This document shows positions 50,492 to 59,770 of a DNA stretch of 64,000 nt, piece after piece. The position numbers and the translations under genes were made by a program. Source of the DNA: Candidatus Rokuibacteriota bacterium (lineage in GTDB: Bacteria > Methylomirabilota > Methylomirabilia > Rokubacteriales > CSP1-6); assembly GCA_003220345.1 (NCBI GenBank), contig QHSC01000080.1, forward strand, positions 5,999-69,998, given 5' to 3'. Below the pieces are notes generated by a model. The model was given only the letters and a program-made list of their open reading frames with translations. It did not search any database and had not been told where the DNA came from. Numbering within the stretch: position 1 is the first letter of the stretch; the number at the start of each line of letters is the position of its first letter.

Positions 50492-51720
50492 GAGCCGGAT
50501 GAGCGAGGCCCGCCGAGACGGCGGGTCAAGCGGTCCAGCCGGTAGACAAGCGCAGAGAGCACGATCTCGGAGGCGCGATGCAGACGCGCGCGCTCCAGAG
50601 CTTCGGTCACCACCGAGTGCGCCCGGGCGAAGTCGCGCAGACGGTGCTCGTGGATCTTGGCCATCTCCTCCCAGGGGCGCGGATCGAATCCTCGCCCGCC
50701 GCGGGCCGCGGCTTCCCAGAGCGTGTGAGAAGCTTCCCAGCGCGCCCGCCGCTTTTCTCCCCAGGCCAGGCGCGCGAGCAGCCGCTCTCGCGCGGGGCTG
50801 TCGAGCCCGCGCTCGAGGGCCATCCGGTAGCACGCCTCGCCCCGATCCGGATCGACCAGCTCCCAGAGCCTCCCGAGCCCGCTGAGCTCGTCGGGGCCGA
50901 GCTCGGCGACCGGAGCGCGATCGAGGGCGTCGGCGACCCAGCCCGTGAGGGCCGCCAGCGAGAGAACGTCGTGGCGATTGTGCTCGAAGACGCGGGGAAG
51001 CTCCCCGGGCGCCTTGCGCCTGAGGTACTCGAAGTACACGGAGGGGATCAGCGCGCCCGGCAGGTCCCCCGCCCGCTCGAAGCCCAGCGCGTGCAGCTCG
51101 ACGGTGACGAGCCGGCAATCGGAGAGCCGGGCGCTCCAGAGCCGGCGCGCCGCGGGCAGGAGGTCGAGGTGGGGAATCGTCCCCGGCCACCGACGGCGCG
51201 CGAGCACGAAGCGTGTCTCGAGAAGGGGTAGATCGAAGCCGGCGCCATTGTAGGTGACGAGGCCGTCCACCTCGCGCAGCAGCGGCTCCAGCGCGGCCAG
51301 GAGCGCCGGCTCGTCGTCGAGATCCCGCATGAAGTACTGCCGCACCTCGAACTCGTCGCCGTCGAAAAAGCCCACGCCGACGAGAAAAGCGTAGGTCCCG
51401 GTTCCCCCCGCGAGGCCGGTGGTCTCCGTGTCCAGATAGAGGAGCCGGGGACCCTTCGGCGGCTCCCCGCGGCGGGCGAGAAGGGCGAGGGGCTGGTGGG
51501 CCATGGCCCGCGCGGCATCGAGGGGCTGACGGCCGTGGCAGTGGCCGGCCACGAAGCGGCGGCGGACGCAGAGGATCTGCCCCTTGTCGGTCTCCTCGAC
51601 ACTCCCGCCCAGGAGGTCCTCCAGCGAGCCCGTGCGCCGGAAGGGCGCGGGCGCGCGGCTCTTGGCTTCGAGACGACGGATGACCTGGCTCAGATCGGAG
51701 AGGGAGGGATTCTGCGTCAC
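50488..51720 (-). CDS. mrfB: YprB/MrfB-like RNase H-fold exonuclease with TPR tail
   Basis: LDTETTGLAGG, TYNG..FD, HLDLL, HNRHD; adjacent to mrfA. Confidence 0.82.
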   Translation of the reverse strand: MTQNPSLSDLSQVIRRLEAKSRAPAPFRRTGSLEDLLGGSVEETDKGQILCVRRRFVAGHCHGRQPLDAARAMAHQPLALLARRGEPPKGPRLLYLDTETTGLAGGTGTYAFLVGVGFFDGDEFEVRQYFMRDLDDEPALLAALEPLLREVDGLVTYNGAGFDLPLLETRFVLARRRWPGTIPHLDLLPAARRLWSARLSDCRLVTVELHALGFERAGDLPGALIPSVYFEYLRRKAPGELPRVFEHNRHDVLSLAALTGWVADALDRAPVAELGPDELSGLGRLWELVDPDRGEACYRMALERGLDSPARERLLARLAWGEKRRARWEASHTLWEAAARGGRGFDPRPWEEMAKIHEHRLRDFARAHSVVTEALERARLHRASEIVLSALVYRLDRLTRRLGGPRSSGS

Positions 51721-51733
51721 GCGGACGGCGGAT

Positions 51734-54085
51734 CTAGCGGCGGGCGACGAGCCGCTGGAGAAGCGCCAGGGCAATGGGCTTGGCGCGCCGGCCGACCTCG
51801 TTCACGGGCCCGACGCAGGACGGGCAGCCCGCGGGGCACGCGCAGGTCCGGAGGACCTCGAGCCCGCGCGCGAGCAGGTCGGGCAGCACCTCGAAGATGC
51901 GCTCGGCCAGCCCGATGCCGCCGGGCTGATTGTCGTAGAGATAGATGGTGGGGGTGAACTCGTCGCCCTGGACGAGCTGGGCGCGCATGATCTCGCGCGT
52001 GACCACCTTGCCCTCGGCATAGGGCGAGCCGTCCCCGAGCCAGGCGCCGATATCGCGGATGTCGCACAGAAGGAAGATGGGGGCGAGGGAGTGGAGCAGC
52101 CGCGTGAGGGCGCGCAGCCCATCCACCAGCTCGTCGCGGTGGGAGGAGATCTCCGCGAGGAGCGCGGGCGCCACGGTCAGCCACGCCGCCGTCGTCTGCA
52201 TCTCCTGCTGGGGCAGCTCGACTTCGCCCGCCCCCACGTTCTCCAGCGTGCCCATCTTGATCTTCTTGAAGCCCACCACCTTCTCGGCGACGAGCACCTC
52301 GCCCTGCTCGGCCACGAGGCCCGGAGTCTCCTGGCGGCTGAAGCGCTGGAGGATCCACACGCCCTTGGCGCTGATGGCGTCGGTGAAATAGTCGACGACG
52401 ACCTTCTTCACGTAGGCGACCTTTTCCTCGTCCTCCCGATAGCGAAGCTCCTGGACCTCGAAGGGCTCGCCCTCGACCATGTAGATGGCCTTGGGATAGA
52501 TCATGGCGAAGGCGCTCTTCCAGTCCACCTCGGCGATGATCTGCCGCCGCTTGATCTGCTTCTCGTCGCGCGCCGTCGTGTCGATCACGAGGAAGTTGTC
52601 CGAGGTGACGGTGCGCAGGGAGACGTGGTCCGCCGGGTACGTCTCCGAGGTCCAGTGGAACTGCTGGCCCGCCCGGTGGAGCAACCCTTCCCCCTCGAGG
52701 GCCTGGAGATGGGCCTGGACGTCGCCCCCGAATGTCTCGGCGGTGGCGAAGGGCAGCTCGAAGGCCGCGCACTTGAGGTGGTTCACGAGGATGAACGGGT
52801 TCTCCGGGTTGACGCGCGCATGCTCGGGCGGCGCCCCGAAGAGATAGTCCGGATGCGTGGCCAGGTACTGGTCCATGGGCGCGCTGGTGGCGACGAGGAC
52901 GGCCACCGATCCGCCGCTCCGCCGGCCCGCCCGGCCCGCCTGCTGCCACATCGAGGCGATCGTGCCGGGATAGCCGGCGAGGACGGCCGCGTCGAGGTGA
53001 CCGATGTCGATGCCGAGCTCGAGCGCGCTCGTGGCCACCACCCCCAGCACCTCGCCCGAGCGCAGCCCCTGCTCGACCTCCCGCCGGCGCAGCGGCAGGT
53101 AGCCGCCGCGGTAGCCGCGAACGATGCCCGAGTCGCCCGTCCGGTCCTCGACTCCCTGCTTCACGGTCGCGAGCACCACCTCGGTGGAGAGGCGGCTCTG
53201 GCAGAAGACGATGGTGGCGACCCTCTCCTTGAGAAAGCGGATGGCGAGCCCCGCCGCCTCCCCGAGATACGGCGCGCGAATCCCCAGCTCGGGATTGATC
53301 ACGGGCGGGTTGTAGCAGAGAAAGAGCTTCTCCCCCGTGGGCGCTCCGCTCTCGCCGACCTCGCTGACGTGCTCGCCCGTCAAACGCTCCGCGAGCTCGC
53401 GAGGATTGGCGATGGTGGCCGAGGCCATGATGAACTGCGGGGCCGAGCCGTAGTGGCGGCAGATGCGCGTGAGCCGTCTCAGCACGTTGGCGAGGTGGCT
53501 GCCGAAGACGCCGCGATACGCGTGCAGCTCGTCGATCACGACGTAGCGGAGATTCTGGAAGAGGTTCACCCACTTGGTGTGGTGCGGCAGGATGCCGGAG
53601 TGGAGCATGTCGGGATTGGTGAGCACGAGGTTGGCCCGCGCGCGCACCGAGCGGCGGGCGTCCTGCGGAGTGTCACCGTCGTACGTGTACATGCGCATGT
53701 CGGGCAGCGACTTCGCGAGCTCCGTCAGCTCGGCGAGCTGATCCTGGGCGAGGGCCTTGGTGGGGAACAGATACAGCACGCGAGACTCCGGCTGCTGGAC
53801 GAGGGCCTGGAGCACGGGCAGGTTGTAGCAGAGCGTCTTGCCGGACGCGGTCGGCGTCACCACGACCACGTGCTCGCCCTTGGCGACGGTCTCGAAGGCC
53901 CGCGCCTGGTGCGAGTAGAGCTGCTGGATCCCGCGCCCGCGGAGTGCCTCGACGAGGCGAGGATCGAGCGAGGAGGGAAACGGCGCGTAGACGGCGGGGC
54001 GGGCCTCGAAGTGCCGGACGGCGGTGATGAGAGGGCCGGTCCTGGACGATGTCAGCAGCTCGTCGAGAACATCCTGGAGCGGCAT
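51734..54085 (-). CDS. mrfA: MrfA/YprA-like DExH helicase with DUF1998
   Basis: TPTASGKT, DELH, SAT, QQAGRAGRR, C-terminal CACPAGCPSC. Confidence 0.88.
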   Translation of the reverse strand: MPLQDVLDELLTSSRTGPLITAVRHFEARPAVYAPFPSSLDPRLVEALRGRGIQQLYSHQARAFETVAKGEHVVVVTPTASGKTLCYNLPVLQALVQQPESRVLYLFPTKALAQDQLAELTELAKSLPDMRMYTYDGDTPQDARRSVRARANLVLTNPDMLHSGILPHHTKWVNLFQNLRYVVIDELHAYRGVFGSHLANVLRRLTRICRHYGSAPQFIMASATIANPRELAERLTGEHVSEVGESGAPTGEKLFLCYNPPVINPELGIRAPYLGEAAGLAIRFLKERVATIVFCQSRLSTEVVLATVKQGVEDRTGDSGIVRGYRGGYLPLRRREVEQGLRSGEVLGVVATSALELGIDIGHLDAAVLAGYPGTIASMWQQAGRAGRRSGGSVAVLVATSAPMDQYLATHPDYLFGAPPEHARVNPENPFILVNHLKCAAFELPFATAETFGGDVQAHLQALEGEGLLHRAGQQFHWTSETYPADHVSLRTVTSDNFLVIDTTARDEKQIKRRQIIAEVDWKSAFAMIYPKAIYMVEGEPFEVQELRYREDEEKVAYVKKVVVDYFTDAISAKGVWILQRFSRQETPGLVAEQGEVLVAEKVVGFKKIKMGTLENVGAGEVELPQQEMQTTAAWLTVAPALLAEISSHRDELVDGLRALTRLLHSLAPIFLLCDIRDIGAWLGDGSPYAEGKVVTREIMRAQLVQGDEFTPTIYLYDNQPGGIGLAERIFEVLPDLLARGLEVLRTCACPAGCPSCVGPVNEVGRRAKPIALALLQRLVARR

Positions 54086-54090
54086 GGCTC

Positions 54091-54120
54091 ATCCTATGTT
54101 TAGTGGCGGAGCCTTGTCAA
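54091..54120 (-). promoter_or_regulatory. Sigma70 promoter for a probably leaderless mrfA mRNA
   Basis: TTGACA-N18-TAGGAT ending 5 nt before the ATG. Confidence 0.6.
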
Positions 54121-54149
54121 CTTTGGGCGGTTCGTGACACCCTCAGGAG

Positions 54150-54551
54150 ATGGTCCGGCTCCTGCCTCCCCTCTGCTGGACCGGGCTCATCGCGTGGCTG
54201 GGAAGCGGCTACTGGAGCGGCGCGCACACGTCGACCTGGCTCTATCCCACGCTGCGCGCGATCTTTCCCCGCGCCTCCGCCGCACAGATCGAGACCATCC
54301 ACTTCTTCATTCGAAAGGCCGCTCATGTCCTCGAGTACGCGGTCCTGAGCGGTCTCTGGCGGCGCGCCCTCGGCGGCTGGCGCGTCCCCCTCCTCCTCTG
54401 CCTCCTCACCGCCACCCTCGACGAGCTCAGACAGACGGTGACCCCTGGGCGCTCCGGCGCCCTCGCCGACGTCCTCCTCGACGGCGCGGCGGCGGCCGTC
54501 GTGCTCATGACCTACTGGCCGCCCCGATTCGGTCGCGGGGCGCCCTCGTGA
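54150..54551 (+). CDS. VanZ family membrane protein
   Basis: RKAAHVLEYAVL, DELRQ..PGRSG...DV. Confidence 0.88.
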   Translation: MVRLLPPLCWTGLIAWLGSGYWSGAHTSTWLYPTLRAIFPRASAAQIETIHFFIRKAAHVLEYAVLSGLWRRALGGWRVPLLLCLLTATLDELRQTVTPGRSGALADVLLDGAAAAVVLMTYWPPRFGRGAPS

Positions 54552-56023
54552 GCACCACCGCGACCAGGCCAGGCGTGAGCTGGCGGCACTCCAACCTGCC
54601 CCAGCCCCCTCCCTACACGCTCCGGAACGTCATCCGCGTGATCGGGCCGGGCGCTATCCTGCTCGGCCTCTCTCTCGGCTCGGGCGACTGGGTGCTGGGC
54701 CCGGTGGTGACGGCGCGATGGGGGACGACGTTTCTCTGGATCTGCGCCGTGTCCGTCCTGCTGCAGGCCCTTCTCAATACCGAGATGGCGCGCTACACCC
54801 TCGCCACGGGCGAGTCCATCTTCGCCGGCTTCATGCGGGGCAGGCCCGGCCCTCGACTCTGGGGCTCCGTTTACACGCTCCTTCATCTCGCGCAGGTCGG
54901 CTGGCCCGGCTGGGCCCTGGCCGCGGGAGCCGCTCTCGTAGGGGCCTTCCTCGGCCGGCCGCTCCGTCCCGAAGATGGCCCGGTCATCGTGGCGCTGGGG
55001 TATCTCATCTTCCTCGGCGCCGTCTTCGTCACTTTCCTCGGCCCGCAGGTGCGACGCACGGTCGAGCTCTGCGAGTGGCTCGTCATGGGACTGGCCCTGC
55101 TCTTCCTCGCCGCCCTCGCGCTGTCGATCGTGCACTGGGCCACGTGGGTCTCCGTCATCGTCGGCTTCCTGCCTCCCGTGCTCGGCGAGCCCGCCCCGCC
55201 CTCGGACATGGACTGGTGGCTCCTCGTCGCCTTCGCCGCGTACTCGGGCGGCGGAGGGACAATCAATGCCTCTCTCACGCACTGGCTACGCGACAAGGGC
55301 TTCGGCATGGCCGGCACCGTCGATGGGCGCGCCGTCGTCGTAGGCGGAGAGACCGTCCGCTTCGCCCGGGACGGCATGACGTTCGCGCCCACGGAGATGA
55401 ATCTCGCGAAGTGGCGCCAGTGGTGGCGTTATCTCCGCACGGACTTCTGGTACCTCTGGGCGGCCGGCTGCGTCGCGGGCATGGCCCTGCCCGTCCTGGT
55501 GACGGCGCAGCTCGTGGCGCCCGGTGAGACATGGATCGACTTCGCGGCCGCCGTCGGCCTCGCCCAGGTCCTGGGGAAGAGCTATGGCCTCGTCCTCTGG
55601 ACGGGAGCGCTCCTGATCGGCTTCGGCGTCCTCGCCGCCACGCAGGTGGGCATCGTGGCCGGCTACGCGCGGAGCGTAACGGACATCCTCTGGACGGCCA
55701 GCGCCCGGTCGCGGCCCGCGGGCGCCGAGGGCGGAGCGGGGGGCGTCTACTGGTTGTCCCTGGCCGGTTTCACGCTGGCGGGCTGCCTCGCCATGACCCT
55801 CGCCGACCCGCTGCTGCTCATCGTGATCAGCGCCAGCGTGGCCGCGTTCAACTTCGTCGTCCTGTCGCTCCACACGCTATGGGTCAACCGCACTCTCCTG
55901 CCCCGCGCGCTCCGGCCCACCCTGTGGCGGGAGCTCGCCGTGCTTGCCTGCGCGCTCTTCTTCGCGGCGCTCCTCGCGCGGGCGATCCTGAGCTCGTCGA
56001 TCCTGGCGGGATTTCTCGGCTGA
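54548..56023 (+). CDS. Nramp-like (YcsG-type) membrane transporter
   Basis: IGPGAILLGLSLGSGDW, E.ARYTLATGE; many TM segments. Confidence 0.75.
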   Translation: MSTTATRPGVSWRHSNLPQPPPYTLRNVIRVIGPGAILLGLSLGSGDWVLGPVVTARWGTTFLWICAVSVLLQALLNTEMARYTLATGESIFAGFMRGRPGPRLWGSVYTLLHLAQVGWPGWALAAGAALVGAFLGRPLRPEDGPVIVALGYLIFLGAVFVTFLGPQVRRTVELCEWLVMGLALLFLAALALSIVHWATWVSVIVGFLPPVLGEPAPPSDMDWWLLVAFAAYSGGGGTINASLTHWLRDKGFGMAGTVDGRAVVVGGETVRFARDGMTFAPTEMNLAKWRQWWRYLRTDFWYLWAAGCVAGMALPVLVTAQLVAPGETWIDFAAAVGLAQVLGKSYGLVLWTGALLIGFGVLAATQVGIVAGYARSVTDILWTASARSRPAGAEGGAGGVYWLSLAGFTLAGCLAMTLADPLLLIVISASVAAFNFVVLSLHTLWVNRTLLPRALRPTLWRELAVLACALFFAALLARAILSSSILAGFLG

Positions 56024-56051
56024 TCCGGTTGACCGGGCGAAATCGACCCGG

Positions 56052-56750
56052 TCAGCCCAAATCGAAGAGGAGCACTTCGGCGGGCGCGGAGGCGCGGATG
56101 TCGAGCGCGCCTTCCTCGCTCAGCGCCGCCCCATCACCGACGCCGAGGGCGACGCCGTTGAGGCTCACCGCTCCCCGCGCCACGTGCACCCAGGCGTGGC
56201 GGTCCCTGCCGAGCGCGTGGCGCACCGCCTGGCCCGGCTCGAGGAGGGCCGTCCACACCAGGGCGTCCTGGTGAATGGTCACGGCGCCGTCCCGGCCGTC
56301 GCGCGCGGCGAGGAGGCGCAGCCGTCCGCGTCGCTCCGAATCCTCGAAGCGCTTCTGCTCGTAGCTCGGGGCGAGCCCGCGCGCGCTCGGGAGGAGCCAG
56401 ATCTGCAGGAGATGCACGGGCGCCTCGCGTGACGGGTTGAACTCGCTATGCGTCACCCCCGTGCCCGCGCTCATTCGCTGCAGGTCGCCCGGGACGATGA
56501 CCGAGCCATTGCCCATGCTGTCCTTGTGCTCGAGCGCGCCTTCGAGGACCCAGGTGATGATCTCCATGTCGCGGTGGCCATGGGTGCCGAAGCCCTCGCC
56601 CGGCTGGACGCGGTCGTCGTTGATGACACGAAGCGAGCGAAATCCCATGTGCTTCGGGTCGTGATAGGAGGCGAACGAGAAGGTGTGATACGTGTCGAGC
56701 CATCCGTGATCGAAATGCCCGCGCTCGGCGGCCGGCCGCAGCGTCATCAT
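56052..56750 (-). CDS. Pirin family protein (YhhW-like)
   Basis: HTFSFASY, LRVINDD, HGHRDMEI, MSAGTGVTHSE. Confidence 0.93.
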   Translation of the reverse strand: MMTLRPAAERGHFDHGWLDTYHTFSFASYHDPKHMGFRSLRVINDDRVQPGEGFGTHGHRDMEIITWVLEGALEHKDSMGNGSVIVPGDLQRMSAGTGVTHSEFNPSREAPVHLLQIWLLPSARGLAPSYEQKRFEDSERRGRLRLLAARDGRDGAVTIHQDALVWTALLEPGQAVRHALGRDRHAWVHVARGAVSLNGVALGVGDGAALSEEGALDIRASAPAEVLLFDLG

Positions 56751-57931
56751 GGCGACTTGATCATCGCACCTCGCGCAAGCACGAGCCGGACGTCCGCGAG
56801 CGCCTGGATGCGCTCGGCGGCCTCGCCCACCACCGCCACGAGGTCGGCGGCCAGGCCGGGCGCAACGCGGCCGGTCTCGTTCTCGAGGCCGAGCGCCTGC
56901 GCAGCCACGACGGTGGCCGCGCGGATCGCTTCGAGGGGGGACATGCCGTGCTTGATCATGAGCTCGAGCTCGGGCAGCAGGCTGCCGTGAGGATTGAAGG
57001 GCGTCCCCGAATCGGCGCCGGCCGCGATGGACACGCCCGCCTGCGTCGCGCGCTGGAAGCTCGCGAGGTGATGGGCGGCGACCGTCTCGGACTTGCGCAC
57101 CATGAACTCCGGGATGCCCGCAGCCAGCCCGCCCGCGCAGATGGCGGCGGGGGCGGCCAGCGTGGGCACGAGGAAGACGCCCTTTGCCTTCATCGACGCG
57201 ATGATCTCGTCGGTGAGATAGATCCCGTGCTCGATGGTGGTGATGCCGGCCTCGATGGCATCGGCGATGCCCGTGGAGCCCTGGGCATGCGCGGCCGTTC
57301 GGCGCCCGGCCTTGCGCGCCTCGTCGATGGCCGCGCGCATCTCCTCCAGGGTCAGCTGGGACGAGCCCGGCTCCACGCCCGGTGTCATGACGCCGCCCGT
57401 GGCGATGAGCTTGATGACGTCGGCGCCCGCCTTGAGCTGCTCGCGCACGGCCTTGCGCGCATCGTCGGGACCATCCGCTTCGCGCCCGAGAAAGCTGCCG
57501 TGACCGCCCGTCATGCAGATCGGCCGTCCCGCGGCCAGGATGCGCGGACCCGGGAAGTGGCCCTCGGCGATGGCGCGGCGCACGGCGAGCTCGACGTATT
57601 CGCGCCCGCCGAGGTCCCGCACGGTGGTGACGCCGGCCTCCACGGTCTCCTGCGCGCGCCGCAGCGCCTTGAGCGCGGTGAGGGGGGCCGGATCGTCCTT
57701 GAGCGCGCGCACCGGGTCCGCCTCGGCGCCCAGACAGAGATGCACGTGGCAATTGATGAGACCCGGGAGCAGGGTGTGGCCCTCGAGGTCGATCCGCCGG
57801 GCGCGCGGCGCCCGCGAGATGTCCACGACCTGAGCGATGCGGCCCTGCTCCACCACGACGGCGCGGCCGCGCACGGGCTCCGCGCCCGTGCCGTCGATCA
57901 GGGTGGCGCCCACCAGGACGAGTGATTCCAT
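56747..57931 (-). CDS. Amidohydrolase family metallo-hydrolase (Xaa-Pro dipeptidase-like)
   Basis: PGLINCHVH, GADVIK, AAHA, IEHG, GADSG. Confidence 0.88.
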   Translation of the reverse strand: MESLVLVGATLIDGTGAEPVRGRAVVVEQGRIAQVVDISRAPRARRIDLEGHTLLPGLINCHVHLCLGAEADPVRALKDDPAPLTALKALRRAQETVEAGVTTVRDLGGREYVELAVRRAIAEGHFPGPRILAAGRPICMTGGHGSFLGREADGPDDARKAVREQLKAGADVIKLIATGGVMTPGVEPGSSQLTLEEMRAAIDEARKAGRRTAAHAQGSTGIADAIEAGITTIEHGIYLTDEIIASMKAKGVFLVPTLAAPAAICAGGLAAGIPEFMVRKSETVAAHHLASFQRATQAGVSIAAGADSGTPFNPHGSLLPELELMIKHGMSPLEAIRAATVVAAQALGLENETGRVAPGLAADLVAVVGEAAERIQALADVRLVLARGAMIKSP

Positions 57932-57938
57932 GCGCCCC

Positions 57939-58853
57939 CTAGACTTTCAGGCGCGGGTCGAGCGTGTCGCGGAGCCCGTCACCGAGGAGATTGATGCCGA
58001 GGACGGTGACGAGAATGGCCAGCCCCGGGAAGGTCGCGAGCCACCACGCGGTCGAGAGGTACACGCGGCCGTCGGCGAGCATGCCGCCCCAGGTCGGGGT
58101 GGGCGGCTGGACGCCCAGACCCAGGAAAGACAGCGCGGACTCGATGACGATGACACGGGCCATGTCGAGGGTGGCAACCACGAGCCACGGCGTGAAGGCA
58201 TTGGGCAGCACGTGGCGGAGGACGACGCGGCCGTCGCGGCTCCCCAGGGCGATGGCCGCCTGCACGAACTCGCGCTCGCGGATGGACAGCACCTCGCCGC
58301 GCACGACGCGCGCGTAGACGACCCAGGACGACACGCCGATGACCACGATGATGTTGCGCAAGCTCGGCCCCAGCACGCCGATGACGGCGATGGCGAGCAG
58401 GATGAAGGGAAAGGCGAGCTGGATGTCGGCCAGGCGCATGAAGAAGTCGTCGACCTTTCCGCCGAAATAGCCGGACACGAGGCCGATGGCCATGCCGAGC
58501 ACGCCCGAGATCAGCACGGCGGAGAGCCCGACCACCAGGGCCACCCGCGAGCCGTAGATGATGCGCGCCAGGATGTCGCGCCCCAGGTGATCCGTGCCCA
58601 GGACGTGCGCCTGTCCCGCCGCGTTCCGCCACCCCGGCTCTTTCAGGCGCTGGTTGATGTCCTGCTCGATGGGGTCGAAGACGGTGACGAGCGGAGCGCC
58701 CACGGCGCACAGGATCACCACCGCCACCACGGCCAGCCCGAACAGGGCGGTCCGGCGGCGGGCGAGACGCTTGAGGGTCGTCACCCACTGCCGCTCCTCG
58801 GGCGCGGAAGGCAGGGGCAGGACGACGGTGGAGACGCCGTTGGGAGGGGCCAT
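57939..58853 (-). CDS. Peptide/nickel ABC permease (DppC/OppC)
   Basis: LGTDHLGRD, EAA-like loop FVQAAIALG, LSFLGLG. Confidence 0.92.
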   Translation of the reverse strand: MAPPNGVSTVVLPLPSAPEERQWVTTLKRLARRRTALFGLAVVAVVILCAVGAPLVTVFDPIEQDINQRLKEPGWRNAAGQAHVLGTDHLGRDILARIIYGSRVALVVGLSAVLISGVLGMAIGLVSGYFGGKVDDFFMRLADIQLAFPFILLAIAVIGVLGPSLRNIIVVIGVSSWVVYARVVRGEVLSIREREFVQAAIALGSRDGRVVLRHVLPNAFTPWLVVATLDMARVIVIESALSFLGLGVQPPTPTWGGMLADGRVYLSTAWWLATFPGLAILVTVLGINLLGDGLRDTLDPRLKV

Positions 58854-59770
58854 CAGCGGAACCGGATGCGCGGATCGAGCCAGGTGTAGGCCACGTCCAC
58901 GATGAAGTTCAGGAACACGAAGGTGCTGGCGAGGAGAAAGACGGCGGCCTGCACCACGGGATAGTCGCGGTTGAAGATCGCCTGCACGGACAGCCGCCCG
59001 ACTCCAGGCCACGCGAAGATCGTCTCGGTTATCACGGAGCCGCCGAGGAGCGTGCCCAGCTCGATGCCCACGATGGTGATGATGGGGATAGAAGCGTTCT
59101 TGAGGGCGTGCTTCCAGACCACCGGCTGCTCGGAGACCCCCTTGGCCCGCGCCGTGCGGATGTAGTCCTGCCCCATCACCTCGAGCATGCCCGAGCGTGT
59201 GAGCCGCGTGATGCGCGCCGTGGTGAAGAGGCCGAGGGTGACGGCGGGCAGGATGAGATGCTCGAGACCGCCGCGCCCGGAGGAGGGCAGCCAGTTGAGC
59301 CGGACCGAGAAGACGAGGATCAGCATGATGCCGAGCCAGAAGGTGGGCATGGCCTGGCCTGTCAGGGCAACGACCGTCGAGACGTAGTCGACGGGGCTAT
59401 TGCGCTTGACGGCGGACAGGATGCCGGCCGGGATGGCCAGGCACAGCGCCAGGAGCAGGCCCGCCCCCGCGAGCTGGAAGGTCGCGGGCAGCCGCTCGAG
59501 CACGAGCGTCATGGCGGGCTCCCCGTGGCGCAAGGACTCGCCGAAGTCTCCGCGCAACGCTCCCTTCAGGAAGCGCAGGTACTGGACGGCCACGGGATCG
59601 TCGAAGCCCATGGCCTTGCGGAAGCGGGCGATGTCCTCGGCGGTCGCATCGGGCGGGAGGAGGAGCGCGGCAGGATCGCCCGTGAGATGCAGGATGAGGA
59701 AGACCACGACGGAGACACCTAAGAGAACGAGGACGGCCTGCCACAAGCGCCGCAGCAGGTAGGACTTCAC
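58853..59770 (-). CDS. Peptide/nickel ABC permease (DppB/OppB)
   Basis: GDFGES, DYIRTARAKG, ETIFAWPG, RDYPVVQ. Confidence 0.92.
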   Translation of the reverse strand: MKSYLLRRLWQAVLVLLGVSVVVFLILHLTGDPAALLLPPDATAEDIARFRKAMGFDDPVAVQYLRFLKGALRGDFGESLRHGEPAMTLVLERLPATFQLAGAGLLLALCLAIPAGILSAVKRNSPVDYVSTVVALTGQAMPTFWLGIMLILVFSVRLNWLPSSGRGGLEHLILPAVTLGLFTTARITRLTRSGMLEVMGQDYIRTARAKGVSEQPVVWKHALKNASIPIITIVGIELGTLLGGSVITETIFAWPGVGRLSVQAIFNRDYPVVQAAVFLLASTFVFLNFIVDVAYTWLDPRIRFR

